From Octopus vulgaris (taxonomy: Eukaryota), in assembly GCA_951406725.2 (NCBI GenBank), contig OX597818.1, positions 24,490,001 through 24,554,000 of the forward strand: 64,000 nucleotides of DNA. The letters run 5' to 3'. Positions 11,804-25,651 of this stretch are shown here, in pieces. The notes beneath the pieces were generated by a model. The model was given only the letters and a program-made list of their open reading frames with translations. It had not been told where the DNA came from and searched no databases. How positions within the stretch are numbered: the first letter of the stretch is position 1; the number at the start of each line of letters is the position of its first letter. The translations under genes were made by a program, and so were the position numbers.

Positions 11804-12774
11804 CTGCAACAGAGATTATGAGAGAGATGTTTATAGAAAACCAACTAAACATCTGAATCCAATGCATCATCTTTAATAAGAAGTTATTTAAAAAAAAAAC
11901 ACTATGAACAATAATTTTAGATTCACAACCATTGTTAATGTTAGTTTTTCTATATATTCAAAGATTAAACACATATGGAATGTAGCAGATTGCCATGCCT
12001 CACATTTCTGTGCACTCTAATCTATGAGACTTAACATCCCAGCCTCCATTACTTATTTCCATTCCTTCAACTGTTGATATTTATAAATATGATATTATGT
12101 AGAGAAATATTCATTTTTGTCAAAATTGCAAAATTTACTTTATAACCTCTTTGATGATATTTTAGCTACCAACAATTTACAATGTTCTTGTAATATTTAG
12201 TGAACAATATACATTAAAAGATATTATGTGACTAAACAGAAACTATAGAGAATTATCAATACATTAACATAATTTCTAGAATTCAAGGTATATCTTGAAA
12301 TGGAGAGGAGCTGCTTTCCTTCAATATTTTAGTGGTTTTATATTTACATCTTACTTTCATTTCAATAATATACATTATCATCACCATCTCTACATATGCT
12401 TTTGCTATGAGACATTGCTTTATGACCAGATGACCTTTCTGATAGAAATCTTTTTAGCTACCCCTTTAAAACATACAGGCACATATGTTTTTTCTAAAAA
12501 CCAGGGTATACACAGTACAGGAAACATTAATTTTGTAGGCTCAGTAAGTTGTTCTTTCAATTTAAGAGTAAATTTTCCCATAGTGCAAAATCTTATAATC
12601 ATGCTGTCCCAGAGAGCAGCATTTTCTTACTGAAAGTGTTTCAAAAAGTAATTTGCAATTTCACAAACGTACTTCTTTTGTACATGAACTTATGAATATT
12701 GAGCATTAAACACAAACCTCAAGATGCTCAAAGCTCTGAACAGACAACTGAAACACAATATTGCAGTAAGTCAT

Positions 12775-14333
12775 ATCATCATCATCGTTTAACATCTGCT
12801 TTCCATGCTAGCATGTGTCGGACAATTTTGACTGAGGACTGGCGAACCAGATGGCTGCACCAGGCTCCAATCTTGATTTGGCAGAGTTTCTACAGCTGGA
12901 TGTCCTTCCTAACGCCAACCACTCCGAGAGTGTAGTGAGTGCTTTTACATGCCACTGACATGAGGGCCAGTCAGGCGGTACTGGTAACGGCCATGCCCAA
13001 ATGGTGTTTTTTTTAATGTGCCACCGGCATAAGTGCCAGTAAGGCAACACTGGTAATGATCACACTCGAATGGTGTTTTTTACGTGCCACCGGCACGGAT
13101 GCCAGATAGCTGCTCTGGCAATGATAACACTCAGATGGTGCTCTTAGTGCACCACTAGCATGGATGCCAGTCATTGAATTTGATTTCGATTTCACTTGCC
13201 TCAACAGGTCTTCGCAAGCAGTGTCCAATGAAGGGAAGGTATGCATAAGTGGGCTGGTTACACCCCTGGCATAGACCACAAGGTTATAGTCTCATTTGGA
13301 TTGCCGGGTCTTCTCAAGCACAGCAATTTCCAAGTCTTAGTCACTAGTCATTTCCTTGGTGAGGCTTAAAGTTCGAAGGTCATGCTTCACCACTTCACTC
13401 CAGGTCTTCCTGGGTCTACCTCTTCCACAGGTTCCCTCAACCGCTAGGATGTGGCACTTTTTCACACAGCTATCCTCATCCATTCTCGCCACACGATCAT
13501 ACCAGCGCAGTCGTCTCTCTTGCACACTACACCTGATGCTTCTCAAGGTACTTACACTGTCGAGTATGCACACTGACATTACACATCCATCGGATCATAC
13601 TGGCTTCATTCCTTGTGAGCTTACGCATGTCCTCAGCAGTCACAACCCATGATTCACTGCCATATAGCATGGCTGTTTGCACACATGCGTCATACAGTCT
13701 ACCTTTTACTCTGAGCGAGAGGCCCTTCATCACCAGCAGAAGTAAGAGCTCTCTGAACTTTGCCCAGGCTATTCTTATTCTAGCAGCTACACTTTCAGCA
13801 TACCCTCCCCCACTACTGACTTGGTCACTTAGGTAACGGAAGCTATCAACTACTTCTAGTTTTTCTCCCTGGAATGCGACGGAAGTTGTTCTCTGCATAT
13901 TTTCAGTGTTTATTGCTCCTGAGCATCTGCCACATACAAAAACTATCTTCCCAGTTAGCCTTCCTTTGATATTGCTGCACCTCTTATGTGTCCATAGCTT
14001 ACACTGGGTACATCTTATAGAGTTTCTACCTACGCCTTTTCTACAGATCGAGCAGGGCCATCAACCTGAAGGGATTTGTGGTTTGCCTGCCTTCCTACTT
14101 ATTCCTACTTATTAGAACTTTGGTTTTAGCTAGGCTGATTCTAAGGCCCTTCGATTCTAATCCTTGTTTCCACATCTGAAACTTCTCCTCTAGTTCTGAT
14201 AGTGACTCAGCAATTAGAGCAAGGTCGTCAGTATAGAGGAGCTCCCAGGGGCATCCTGTCTTGAATTCCTCTGTTATTGCCTGGAGGACTATGATAAATA
14301 GGAGAGGACTAAGGACTGAACCTTGGTGGATCC
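12775..14333 (-). mobile_element. RTE-clade LINE, 5'-truncated and frameshifted, with 3' UTR and (GAT)n tail
   Basis: RT fragments LEVVDSFRYL, AMLYGSESW, RRLRWY and GRGRPRKTW (ORFs 13337-13579 and 13527-13898). A LLYTDDL-like motif lies near 14230. Confidence 0.93.
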
Positions 14334-14876
14334 TTAGGTAGTTGTTCCTATGTGTTTTAAAGAAAACCCATCATATTTGTATAAAAATACTTTGATACAA
14401 AGGAAGAATATTGTTTTATAATCTAAAACATCAGTAACATATATAGGGAGGTTTTATATAAATGAAATTTTCATACAAGTGTCCACTAGTTCATTTTGAA
14501 AGTAAATGTGCTAAAAAAATCTATTGAGGAATTTTTTCAGTGTCTTTTCCTTCCCTATTCTTTGCAGATACTATTATTAACTGTCATTAGATGATGACAA
14601 AAAGCAAAGAATTAGAGAAAATATTGAAATTTTTACTCTCAGACAGCTGGTGACATATACAAGAAAAGAAGCACAATTGTCTAAATCAAACTGAAAATAA
14701 AGATCTTGAAGAAGCTGTGAATAATTGTCTATTATTCTATAAAGGAAATAAACACTAAAGGTAAGAAAAAGCCATGAACTGATGAAAAAGGGAAATGGTT
14801 CAATACTAAATCAGCCAAGTTACAATACTGATTCAAGGATCACATAATACTTGATTCAATGTCAACAGCAACTCAC

Positions 14877-14961
14877 TTCCTTTCCCTGGTGGAACTTCAA
14901 AGTCTAGTTCTGGTATTTTTACTGAAGCAGAATCAGTTTGAATAACTTGCCGGTTTAAATC
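14877..14961 (-). CDS. ZPR1: ZPR1 coding exon 3 (DLNRQVIQTDSASVKIPELDFEVPPGKG)
   Basis: ttacag| acceptor, |GTGAGT donor, 85 nt, phase 0/1. DLNRQV and IPELDFE motifs. Confidence 0.96.
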
Positions 14962-15343
14962 CTGTAACATAATACGAAAAATAAAACAATCAATATTCTT
15001 GTATAGGTATATTTTTGATACAATTGATGAAGGCAGAAAATATAATTAAAGCTGAAATTTTTTCATTGTCAGACATGTTCTCTACATTTAGGGTTTCAGT
15101 GCAAGAGTGAGTGGTGATGTTAAGCTACGTGGCAGATTAAATCTACCACTTAAGAAGCACAGTCCATTTGATAGGCTTCTGCATAGTTTCTGCCAACCCA
15201 TTTTGCCTCACAAGGTTAGGATTGATTCAAAACTATAGGAAAAGACTTAATATAACAGGTCATTATATTCAGATCTAATTCAAAACCACTAAATTGCAAA
15301 GCAAACCTATTAACCAAACAGCTATGTGTTTGTGATACAGTTG

Positions 15344-15660
15344 TCATCATCATCAACACCGTTTAACGTCCGCCTTCCATACTGGCATGGTTTGGATGGT
15401 TTGACAGGAGCTGGCCAGGTAGGAGTCTGCACTAGACTTCTGTGTCTGTTTTAACATGGATTTTACGGATCGGAAGTCGTTCCTAACACCAACCACCCAG
15501 CAGAATGGACTGAGTGCTTTTTACATAGCACAAGCACAGGTGAAGCCAGTTCTGGCATGGTATTTACAGCTGGATGCCCTTCCTAATGCCAACTACTTTA
15601 AAGTGTGGACTGGATGCTTTTTCAGTGGCACCAACACTAGCAGGATCACCAAGTAATTTG
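15344..15660 (-). mobile_element. RTE-tail short interspersed repeat
   Basis: (cat)n followed by gtttaacgtcc..ttccat..gcatgg and cagctggatgcccttcctaa, as in the RTE 3' UTR at 12775. Confidence 0.75.
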
Positions 15661-15792
15661 CAAGACAAAGATCTTTTGAGAGGAGAGGAGGCATTGGAAG
15701 AGAGCATCTTGTGTCAGATGATGAAAGCTTATAGTTAGACAGAGGAGACAGAAACAGGTGTCTTGCTGTAGCAGATGTACATGGTTACCCAG

Positions 15793-15828
<36 letters not shown>

Positions 15829-16191
15829 GAGGACAGAAACAGGTGTGCTGCTGTAAAGGGGATACATGGTTACCCAACCTGAGAGAAGAGCAGGAGAAGG
15901 AGAGATGATGGCAAAATACCAGGCAAACTCACAAGGGACTGGGATGATAATATAAATGGGATGGTCAAGTAAAAGAAGAGAGAGAGACAGAGATGGTGGC
16001 AAGTGCCAGGGTACACCCTAGAGGTACGGAGGTCATAATATAAGTGGCAGGGCATTGCTAAAGAAGTGTAAGTAGAGAATGGGGGAGGGGAATGAAGTGA
16101 ATGGTGAAAACTTGGGTATATAGTGGTGGGAGCATTGGATAGCAATGATACAGTTGTATTCTATGACATTCAAAATTGAAAACAATATTAA

Positions 16192-16411
16192 CCCTTTAGC
16201 ATTTACACTAGTTGTATCCAGCCAAAATATTCTACTTGTTTTATGTCGAAACTGGTCAAATCTGTCCTTTCACACCAACCCTACATTATCATTCTAAAAA
16301 TTAACAATTACCTCATCAAACTCTCAAAGTTACAACATAATGCATGATGAATTCAAAACAATGTGAATAAATAAGCTTTACATTTGACAAAATAATGTGA
16401 ATGCTAAAGGG
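16192..16411. mobile_element. piggyBac-type MITE (220 bp)
   Basis: TTAA|CCCTTTAGCATT ... AATGCTAAAGGG|TTAA terminal inverted repeats with a TTAA target duplication. Confidence 0.9.
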
Positions 16412-16589
16412 TTAAATAGTAAGTGATATTGAAATGCAAACTTAAAAAAAAAAAAAATCATAAAGAACCTCTTCTTAGCTGAAAACAGGCTAAAATCCCA
16501 TTTGAAGCTGGAAGTGACTGCTACCAGTCAGCTCAGATATGATCACTTAACAACAGCAGCATGTTTCTTAATGTTACAAAATGCATTAA

Positions 16590-17670
16590 CCCTTTCGTTA
16601 CTATATTTCTGACCAAAATACACCCCTTATGTGTTTCAATTAATTTCTAACATAATCATAATTTTAGTCTGGTTTCATTAAACAACTATAACTTTTTTAT
16701 TTATCAATATATTAATCTGATTTTTGGAAGATAATTTAATGAAATGTTCTCAACCAATTCTATACTATAATTTTTGTCACAAAGTGACTCTAATTGCAGG
16801 TAGATACAGGTAAATTCAACAAAATATAAAATTATTAAAATTTTGTTCAAACATCGCTATAGAAAATGGGTTATTAGCTAATATTTAATTGGGTATACAA
16901 CAAAATTTTACGATAGAATTTGTTATTCTGGGTAACTTTCTGATACCCATAATAATATTTATGGCAAAATAGGCCTTAATTTCATTTAAGGTTGTGGGAA
17001 ACCACAAACTATCCTTTCTTTCGCTTTGTTAACATTTAGCGTAACGGTTCGTTTCCGCCGTAATGATTTCAAATGGGCTCATTCGAAAAAGTAAATAGAA
17101 ATAGTCTAAGGCTTTACTCTCCTGGGAAAGACTGTGGCTTGGTCCAGTTTCTTCAGAAAAATCACCGAAAGAAACAGTTTTTAAATTTTCACTCCATTCA
17201 GGTGCCAATTCATTTTCTTTATTGCTGTCGGAGCTCTCGGATTCACTGTTTTCACTTTTGGAAAATGAAACATCGGATTCATTATCAAATACCGCGTGCT
17301 TTTTTTTTTTTCAGTCATAGAGTTAGATTTATCAAGGTCTTCAGTAGAAAAGCCTTCGAATTCTGACTCGCTGCTTGATATAATGAAATTCGTATCCATT
17401 TTTTTGTCAGAATTACAAATTTTGAAAACACAATAGGAACAAATTTCGGAAAAAAATCTCCCAAAATTCACGGAATTAAAATTACACTTCGATCGTAGTA
17501 CAAAACTGTAGATGAACTGTTTACGAAGTATAATCACATGTTTTCACGAATGTTCTAAAGAGATTTGCTCTGATATTCTCATTTAAATAGGAATAGGTAA
17601 ATACGGGCGGGTTTGGGTGGTTTGGTCACATTAACCAAACTTTTTTTGGGGCGGTTTGGTAACGAAAGGG
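16590..17670 (-). mobile_element. non-autonomous piggyBac element with an N-terminal transposase remnant
   Basis: TTAA|CCCTTTCGTTAC ... GTAACGAAAGGG|TTAA. The minus strand encodes acidic Ser/Glu-rich MDTNFIISSSESEFEGFS..., typical of piggyBac N-termini. CpG-richer than its flanks. Confidence 0.88.
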
Positions 17671-18433
17671 TTAAGACATGCAACATTTATGCTTGTTAAT
17701 AATTAAAATTGTATAAGTCACTGTACTAAAATGAAATTTTAGCTTCAAAACCAGTATTTTTGTTTTTGTTTTGGGGATTTTTTGGGGGTTTTTTTTTGGT
17801 TCATAAGGAAACAGTCATTGAATCAAAAATTACCACAAACACTTGATTAGCTTCAAATTCTGCCACACTGAACTGTGTCCTCCTTGCTTAAGGTAATTTA
17901 ATTGTATTGTCTACACTCCTGCTTCCTGATTAAGATACTTATATTAGTAAGTGATGTATATTTTCAAAACACCAAGATGAGGAACTTGGCAACAGAGTAT
18001 AAAAAAAAAACGCAAATTTATTTGTTGTTTATTTATATTTCTTAAAAATCATAATGTAGCAGAATAGCAAAGCTTACAAGTCTTCTTGCTCTACTTTGGT
18101 TTAAGGAAATATATCTTGAAAATAAAACTACAAATATGCAGTAAATATGTAGAACTATTCAGTCTTAAAGAATGAAAATGTTTACATTTTTTGTAAATGG
18201 CTGAAGTGATTCTAAACATTGTATCAAGGCTACATATTTTGGTGGTGGGTACAGTTAATATAATCAACCTAGTAATTGGAAAAGGATGAAAGCAAAGTTG
18301 AACTCAGTGTTCGTTGACCATATTATCTGCTGAAGAGCTAAATTAGCAAGTACTTTGTAATGAATGCCATTTATATGATAATCTGTATGGAATAATAACT
18401 AACAGGTATGATAATAAAAAGACAGTTTCTTAC

Positions 18434-18595
18434 CTTCTTAGAAATAATTCGAACTTTGTACTGCACACCTAGTTGTTGTATAGCTGAACCTGGCTTTAGT
18501 TCATTGTTATGAAATCCACAATGATCACATTGAAATGACATAATAATCACTTCCTTGAAAAATGGGATTTTAGTGAGTAAGATTTTGGTTTTGCC
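18434..18595 (-). CDS. ZPR1: ZPR1 coding exon 2 (GKTKILLTKIPFFKEVIIMSFQCDHCGFHNNE...IISKK)
   Basis: caccag| acceptor, AAG|GTAAGA donor, 162 nt. IPFFKEVIIMSF.C..CG..NNE zinc-finger 1 motif. Confidence 0.98.
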
Positions 18596-18829
18596 CTGGT
18601 GCAAAAGATTTTTAAAATATCAATAATTATTCAAATTGAATTTTGATATTAATAAAAATTAATAAAAACAGTTTTAGAATAGTAGAATTATCTTCATCAA
18701 CTTGTTACTACATATACAGTTACACTTTCACAAAATTAAAAAGAAATAGTACCAAGTTTGTAAGCAGACCAAAAATAAATTTACTGTAATTAACACCACT
18801 CCATTCTGCGAGAGAAAATATTTTATTAC

Positions 18830-19110
18830 CAAGAGAATAGCTCTCTGAACTTTATACAATACAATTTGTTCTTATTCTAATAACTATACTTTAAGACCAC
18901 CATCACCACTGCTAATTGGGTGCCTAAGTAACAGAAGCTATCTATTACCTTTAGGGATTCTTGTGAGCTTTTAAGAAAATCTATTTCCTGTGCACTCTTA
19001 CAGATTATTACTCCTGTGCATCTGCTACATACAAAGTTTACGTTCACTGTCAACTTGTCTGATATCACTGAACTGCTTGTGTATTCATTGTCTGTATTGG
19101 ATACATTGTA
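18830..19110 (-). mobile_element. old RTE LINE fragment
   Basis: ORF 18877-19068 (FVCSRCTG...LKVIDSFCYLG) parallels the RTE copy at 13527-13980. Confidence 0.7.
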
Positions 19111-19798
19111 CAGAATTTATACTTTGATAACATAGTCCATCAATTGCATTCTTTTGAAGTTGCCTTGCTAGCAATTGATGATTAGTGATTAACTATGACA
19201 CCTATCTGACATGCAGGTGGTTAGTACATGTCCCACTTCACTAGATATTTTCACATCTAAGAGACTAACCTTAACTGTATGTCTGTTTCCCTATCTTCAT
19301 ATGCTTGATTGTGCTTTTGACTATATTAACTATCAACTACAATAGCTGGCACCACTTGTTGTCTACTGGGTATTTTCTGAATCTTTTATACATTCTTCTA
19401 ATTCAGAAATCTCTAGTAGTGAAGTTTTCACATCTCTTTCTTCTGAGCATCAGCAAGGGCAAGTGTGCAGCTATCATTCCATGCACACTTTCCCAGACAA
19501 TATTTTTATTCACACCGGCACACTGCTTTGTAATCTAACACTTCAAGCTGCTAATCCTTTCAATGTAAAATTTTGGCATCCCTCTTACTGCCAGCTTCTC
19601 TCCATAATGTTTCTACATGATACCTAACTTTTCTTTTAGCTACTTGATATTGTTCCTTGTTCTTCCAGAGACATGAAATTGAATTAAGCTAAGAAAATTA
19701 CTTATTTAGCTATTTAAACTTTCAACTAGTTTTTCCATTGACAAATATTTCTTTAACAATGACAATTACTCTGTAATGAATCAAAAACTGATATTTAC

Positions 19799-19912
19799 CT
19801 GTAATTCACAATTGACACAAAGGCTTTCAATTTCAGTGACATCAGGGTCATCTCCACTAATATCTTGATATATTTGCACCACCTTAGCAGGTACTTTATT
19901 ATCCGTACTCAT
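19799..19912 (-). CDS. ZPR1: ZPR1 coding exon 1 (MSTDNKVPAKVVQIYQDISGDDPDVTEIESLCVNCELQ); the exon probably extends as 5' UTR to an acceptor at 19943
   Basis: TEIESLC.NC motif, CAG|GTAAAT donor, ATG at 19912 in aaaATG context, and an upstream tttgtag| acceptor. Confidence 0.95.
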
Positions 19913-20666
19913 TTTAACTCTCCAACAATTTCTTACTGAAAACCTACAAATAAATATTGTGAATTTAGTGAAGAAAAATGAAACATTCACTACTAATCAA
20001 CAACATATGATTTCAATAATTTCACCAGTAGACTCTCTCAGATTACTTTCCACTTGGAACAATATTTAAGTTGTTAGGTGGGAAATTTTTTCTTTTGGTA
20101 TAAGATTTGTTAAATAATATTACTATACAATATAGTTAGTTATTCTCAAAATCATTCTAGCTTTCTATGCCGACCAGTTTATATTCTTGTACATTTACTT
20201 AGTGTTTCTTAGCATGAACAGTGAAGTCTAAGCTTTGCTAATGGGGTCATAAAACTAAAACATGTCTGGAGTTGTCTCTCATACTTGCTGAATGAAAATA
20301 ATATTAGCCAATGATAAAATTAGTTTTTTTTCTTATCTGCATAATTATATCTAGTTAAATACCATCCTAACTAAACAAGACAACTCTAAAATTTTAATTA
20401 AATTTAATGGAAATAGAATTTGTGCGATGCTATAGCAATTGAATGTAATTTTGGTAATACAGTGACAACTATGGGCATGTTAGTGCTTTATTAGACCTCC
20501 TCTATGAAGTATAGATTTTTGTGAATAACCACTTTGTAATGTGAACAATTTAAAAAGGGATAAGGGAAATATACCTTGGGACAAACTCTACATGAAAACC
20601 AAAATGATCACTGCTAACATAATCTAAAGTCAAGAAATGTTTAATCTTTTTCCTCATTAAGCATGC

Positions 20667-20930
20667 TAGGTGCAGATGTGGCTTTGTGATAAGAAATTTG
20701 CTTTCCAACCACATGGTTCTGGGTTCAAGCCTACTGCATGGCACCTTGGGCAAGTGTCTTCTACTACAGCTCTGAGCCAATCAAAATCTTATGATTTGGT
20801 GGACAGAAATGAAAGAAGTAAACAAGTCACCATCATGCAAGTGGTGTCCTTCATTTCCAACCTTCTCTGAAGACGTCTGGTCATGGGAAATATAATAATT
20901 TCCGTCTGACCCATGCAAGAAAGGAAAACT
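20667..20930 (+). mobile_element. tRNA-derived SINE, degraded
   Basis: tRNA-like head with ggttcaagcc B-box and ggcaccttgggcaagtgtctt core. Confidence 0.8.
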
Positions 20931-22472
20931 TTACTATTTGATTTTCATGTAGGACATGTTCTAGTGTATTTTTCCTTCATCTCTATTTCAAGTTATCATG
21001 TATCAAGACTGTATCAAGTTATCATGTATCATGTCCAGTGATGTTTCTATACTGCCAAAAATTACATTCACTCTCCACCACTGCATTACTCAATTCTATT
21101 TCTCATAAAGTTTAAAAGTTTAGAGTTGTCTCCCCTGTCCATTTTGCCCAAAATTGATTAAGTTAATAGTTCTTACTCACTACAAGTCTAATTTTATTAA
21201 AATGCTTTGGTTCACTACATTAAGTTGTTAGCAATGATCTCATCTTCCTCTACTGACTATAACTTATACTTGCATCAAGCATAATGAAGCCTGCATCACT
21301 CTTCCTATTCCATCACCAGTCTCCTAAATTCATCAATGGTTGTGGCACATCGGGGTCTTGACCACAGTTTGAAAGAATGCCTACGGTTTATCTTTCCCTA
21401 GGTCAGTTCTCAGATGATGACTTAACAGAGAGTGAGTTTCAGACAAACTTAGTAAGCTGTTATCTTGTTGGTTATGTGACAACATATACATGTCAAACAA
21501 AAGAACACTGATAAAAAGAATGAATGACATTAGATCACCAGTAACAAATTGCCTCATATTTTTAAAATGGATCTGTTATTTATTTTACCACACAAATTTC
21601 TATGTTGTGACACGACTAGCTGCATGTCACTGATTTTAATAAATTAAGAATTGGGGAAAATTGTTGTTATTTTGTAAGAACAAAGTTCAGTTTTCAAAAC
21701 AGGAAATTGCACAAATAAGTGGATTATTTCATCAATCAAGTTGGGTAAAAAACTTCAAAAAATTACATCAAGTCTTGAAACTGCATAATATCTAGAGTTA
21801 GCATTCTGGTGAAGTGTGAATAAGTAAACAACAGAAGAAATTATAACCATGTAACAAGTGTAATAAAGTCAGAAGTAAAACAATATTTATCAACAGTTCA
21901 GCAAAGAGCAGCAAATTCAAGATACGCTAAGATTTCTGATACAAGAACAACTAGTTCTATCACTAGAAGCTATTTAATTTTCTAAATACAAAATTAATCT
22001 ATAGAATGATGGTAAATCAGTACTGAATCCTAAAACTATCAAGGAAACTAATATTCTCAGGCTGTTGATATCTACACTGAGAGAAAAGGCTCTGGTTTTG
22101 ATAATTCTAATACATTTTTCATCTTTGGTTCTGAAGAAAATCTATAAATTTTTGCAAATAATGGTGACTGTCTATTTTTATGGGCCTTCAAAATTGCCCT
22201 TTATCTTTTCTATCAGTTGACAGCATTTCGTACTAGGAAGAGAGGTACAATATTACCAACAGTGTACATTTTCCTTCAATAAAAGAAAAGACGCATACAT
22301 AAAAGTATTTGAAACTATTTGCTCATTAAAAAATAATTTGTAAAACCTACTTCTTTTTATCATGAGATTGTGAAAACGGCTTTCACAATGCACTAAACTA
22401 TGTTTTCAGTCAACAAATTATAATTGTCAGCTTCCTATTTCATTTGAATCAATGCAGCAAAAACCTTGTTAA

Positions 22473-22692
22473 CCCTTTCATTACCAACCCGGTTGAAACC
22501 GGCTCTGGCTCTGAGTACAAATGTCTTGTTTTCGTAAGTTTTGAATTAAAATCTTCCACCAAACCTTAGTCACAATTTATGTTCCTAACACTAGCTGAAT
22601 GATAACTAAGTTAGTTTACTAAATTCTTTGTTATATTTAAAATAATTGAAAGAAACATAGAGCATCTCAAAATAAATACAGTAATGAAAGGG
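22473..22692. mobile_element. piggyBac-type MITE (220 bp, second family)
   Basis: TTAA|CCCTTTCATTAC ... GTAATGAAAGGG|TTAA. The TIRs nearly match those of the 16590-17670 element. Confidence 0.9.
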
Positions 22693-23716
22693 TTAAAGAA
22701 TATCATAATGAGTAAGTATGCCTCAAATGCAAGATACTGTTAGCCTTAGCTTTTATTCCCTACACCATACTGTTGATGCTTTTGAAGTAATTCAAATCCA
22801 TCTGACAACTTTAAAGACATGAATTAGTGGACCTGTTAGCTGTTGATAGCAACATGATTTACAATACTTGTGAACTTTGTAGCTAATTGACTCTCATAGC
22901 ATTCTTCAAGGTCAACTATGCACAAAAATGCACTCAGGTAGTATAATGCACTTCAAGATAAGGTTGGTTATGTGTAACCAACAGTTTATAAGACTGTTGA
23001 AATTACTTGTCTAGAACAATCACATAGAGAATTTTTGTCTCATATATCAATAATTGTATAAGTGGAACAAAATAACATCCTAAATGTGAGAGAACTGCAG
23101 TAGCAATTATCACACTGGTAAGATCATATAATGAACTGGACTATGAGGATTTTATGTGAAGTATATCTTAAAATACAGAATTGTATTTTTGAGGTATTTC
23201 ATAGTTTTTAAGTTTCTAATAATATTCTTTTATCAGTGTTCTTGAGTAATGGTACTCTTTTGGCAATTAAATTCAGTCATATTTATTTACTCATAAACTA
23301 CCTGAAAGGTATAGTGACTGATGTGAAACTAAATAAATCAATAACATATTTCTAATATCATCACTTTTGAAACAATGTTGAAGAGGCGTTACTGTCACTT
23401 GAAATTTTTTTTAATTATTTCAATAGTAGGATATATTTTCATTCATTCTTTTGTTGGCACACTTTTTTCAAGTGCACATGTCAATGTACACTACTTGGTC
23501 AAATGGAGATCACCATAAAGTTGGTGACAGATCACTTTCTTCATTCAGTTAATGCAGAGACCAACCAAAGAATTCAAGTGAAGAGATTTATTCTGGAAGT
23601 CTAAGTCTCATAATCATATGAAATTGATTAATAGAAGTGAAAATGGAATGTCATAACATTTCCAATTGCAAGTGATTTGGCTTCAGCAGAAAAGTAAGAC
23701 AAGTTTCGTTGAAGAT

Positions 23717-23786
23717 ACAACAGCTATATTTCTATCCTTATTACATATACACAACAGCTATATTTCTATCCTTATTACATATACTA
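23717..23786. repeat. short tandem duplication (2 x ~34 bp)
   Basis: acaacagctatatttctatccttattacatatac occurs twice in tandem. Confidence 0.9.
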
Positions 23787-24802
23787 ACTTCTTAGCAAGT
23801 ACCAGTCTCCAGATCTAGATGGAATTAAGATAGTATAATGTTCATGGCCCACTGAAACATTAACTTAAACTTCTTCATTTGATAATAATCAGTGGAAAGG
23901 CACTAAGATTTTTTTTCTTGTGTAATGAGTAACAAATTCAAAGTTTTTCAGTCTAATGCTCTTCAAACATGTTACATAAACACTTCTCTGAACAATATGA
24001 ATATTCCAGATCGGGTTTTAGGCACCTTTTCAGATGTTGAGAAAACAAAAATACAGAAAAGTAGGTGACTTGTGAGATTTAGCTGTTATTATTAGCAGAA
24101 TGATTGTTCACATTTTCTTGTTGGCTTGTGCTGGATTTTGTTTTATGGATACCAGTTCTGCAATGATTATATTTAGTTGATAAGTTTAAGAGTTTTATTC
24201 ATGTAAATGATGTCTGTTACTTCTGTATACTGTCTGTGCATGAGAAAATGTGTCTGGTTAAGAAATGTTTTATAAAGCATATACATCGTGTTAGAAATGT
24301 GTCTGGTTGTGGAGAAAAATTAGAATAGTTCAGTAACTTTTGAGTCAATATCTGTTTCTGTTTTGCCATCCTTCCAAAGTAAGTCTTTATTCTAAATATA
24401 AATGTAGGTCATTAATTGTAAAATCCAGTTTAGATTTGTCAAAGTACAAACCCTATCACATACTTCCTGTTTTCAACTATTGCAGCGCCATCTATAATTG
24501 TTTTTACAATCATGTACAATGCATGCATATTAATTTATTCGTATTTACAATGCATGTATAAATATTTCTGATCAACCGACATTTAACAAATCTTTCTGAA
24601 ATCTCCAAAATACCCGAAACACCAACTGATTGAAACAAGTTATTCAAAGTTCACTTTTCAGCCTAGATCTCTGCATTGGTCGACAATTCTAAACTTCTGC
24701 TGCGCGCTGACGAGCCTGGGGGTGAGGTGTGGACTTTCGGAAACTTCACAAGATCCAATTTTTCCATCATAACTTGGGGTAAAATTGATATATATTGAGG
24801 GG

Positions 24803-24910
24803 TTTTTTAACGGAATTCCACGTTTTTGGTTAAAGAGGATCCGATTCTGAAAAAAATTTTCATAAATCGCATTTTCAAAATTTCAATTCCAACTCTTTAT
24901 TTTTCACTTT

Positions 24911-24949
<39 letters not shown>

Positions 24950-25192
24950 GAAATACGTAGAAAAATACGAAGATTACGATTTAGAAAAAATTGTAAAATT
25001 TCAATTTTTCGACAAGAGAAAAAAAAGAATATATACACTCAGGCCTTCAAGCAGTCTATCCACATGCTAGAAATAACAGCCAAATCTCACAAAACTGCGA
25101 AAACATAATGAAATTTTAAAAATGATATTTTTTGAAATTTTTTTTCAGAATCGGATCCTCCATAACCAAAAACCTGTGATTCCGTAAAAAAA
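24803..25192. repeat. inverted repeat (~80-bp arms) around a poly-T spacer, inside a CpG-rich unclassified element
   Basis: tttttggttaaagaggatccgattctgaaaaaaa versus tttttttcagaatcggatcctccataaccaaaaa. Confidence 0.8.
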
Positions 25193-25201
25193 AATCAATA
25201 A

Positions 25202-25541
25202 GGCGTAGGAGTGGCTATATGGTAAGTAGCATGCTTACCAAATACATTGTTCCGGGTTCAGTCCCACTGCGTGGCACCTTGGCCAAGTGTCTTCTACTAT
25301 AGCCTCGGGCCGACCAAAGCCTTATGAGTGGATTTGGTAGACGGAAACTGAAAGAAGCCCGTCGCATATATGTATATATATGTGTGTGTGTGTGTTTGTC
25401 CCCCTAACATCGCTTGACAACCGATGCTAGTGTGTTTACGTCCCCGTAACTTAGCGGTTCGGCAAAAGAGACCGATACCTCGACTAGAGGCGGTGCTCCA
25501 GCATGGCCACAGTCAAATGACTGAAACAAGTAAAAAGAGAA
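25202..25541 (+). mobile_element. tRNA-derived SINE (OR/CORE-like)
   Basis: A-box tggctatatgg, B-box ggttcagtccc and 3' end gactgaaacaagtaaaaagag. Close to the 37128 copy. Confidence 0.9.
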
Positions 25542-25651
25542 TATATATCCATCCCCACCACCCCAGGGTCGTCAGCAAGCATTATTTTTTTCATATTCGT
25601 TTTCCACACACTTGTTAACACCCACCAGGCTGGTTATTTTATTTATTTTTT

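Noticed and set aside
21330-23900. Possible ancient hAT transposase remnant (hAT-like end near 21340-21372)
   Set aside because: No convincing translated motif could be read; too decayed to call without a profile search.
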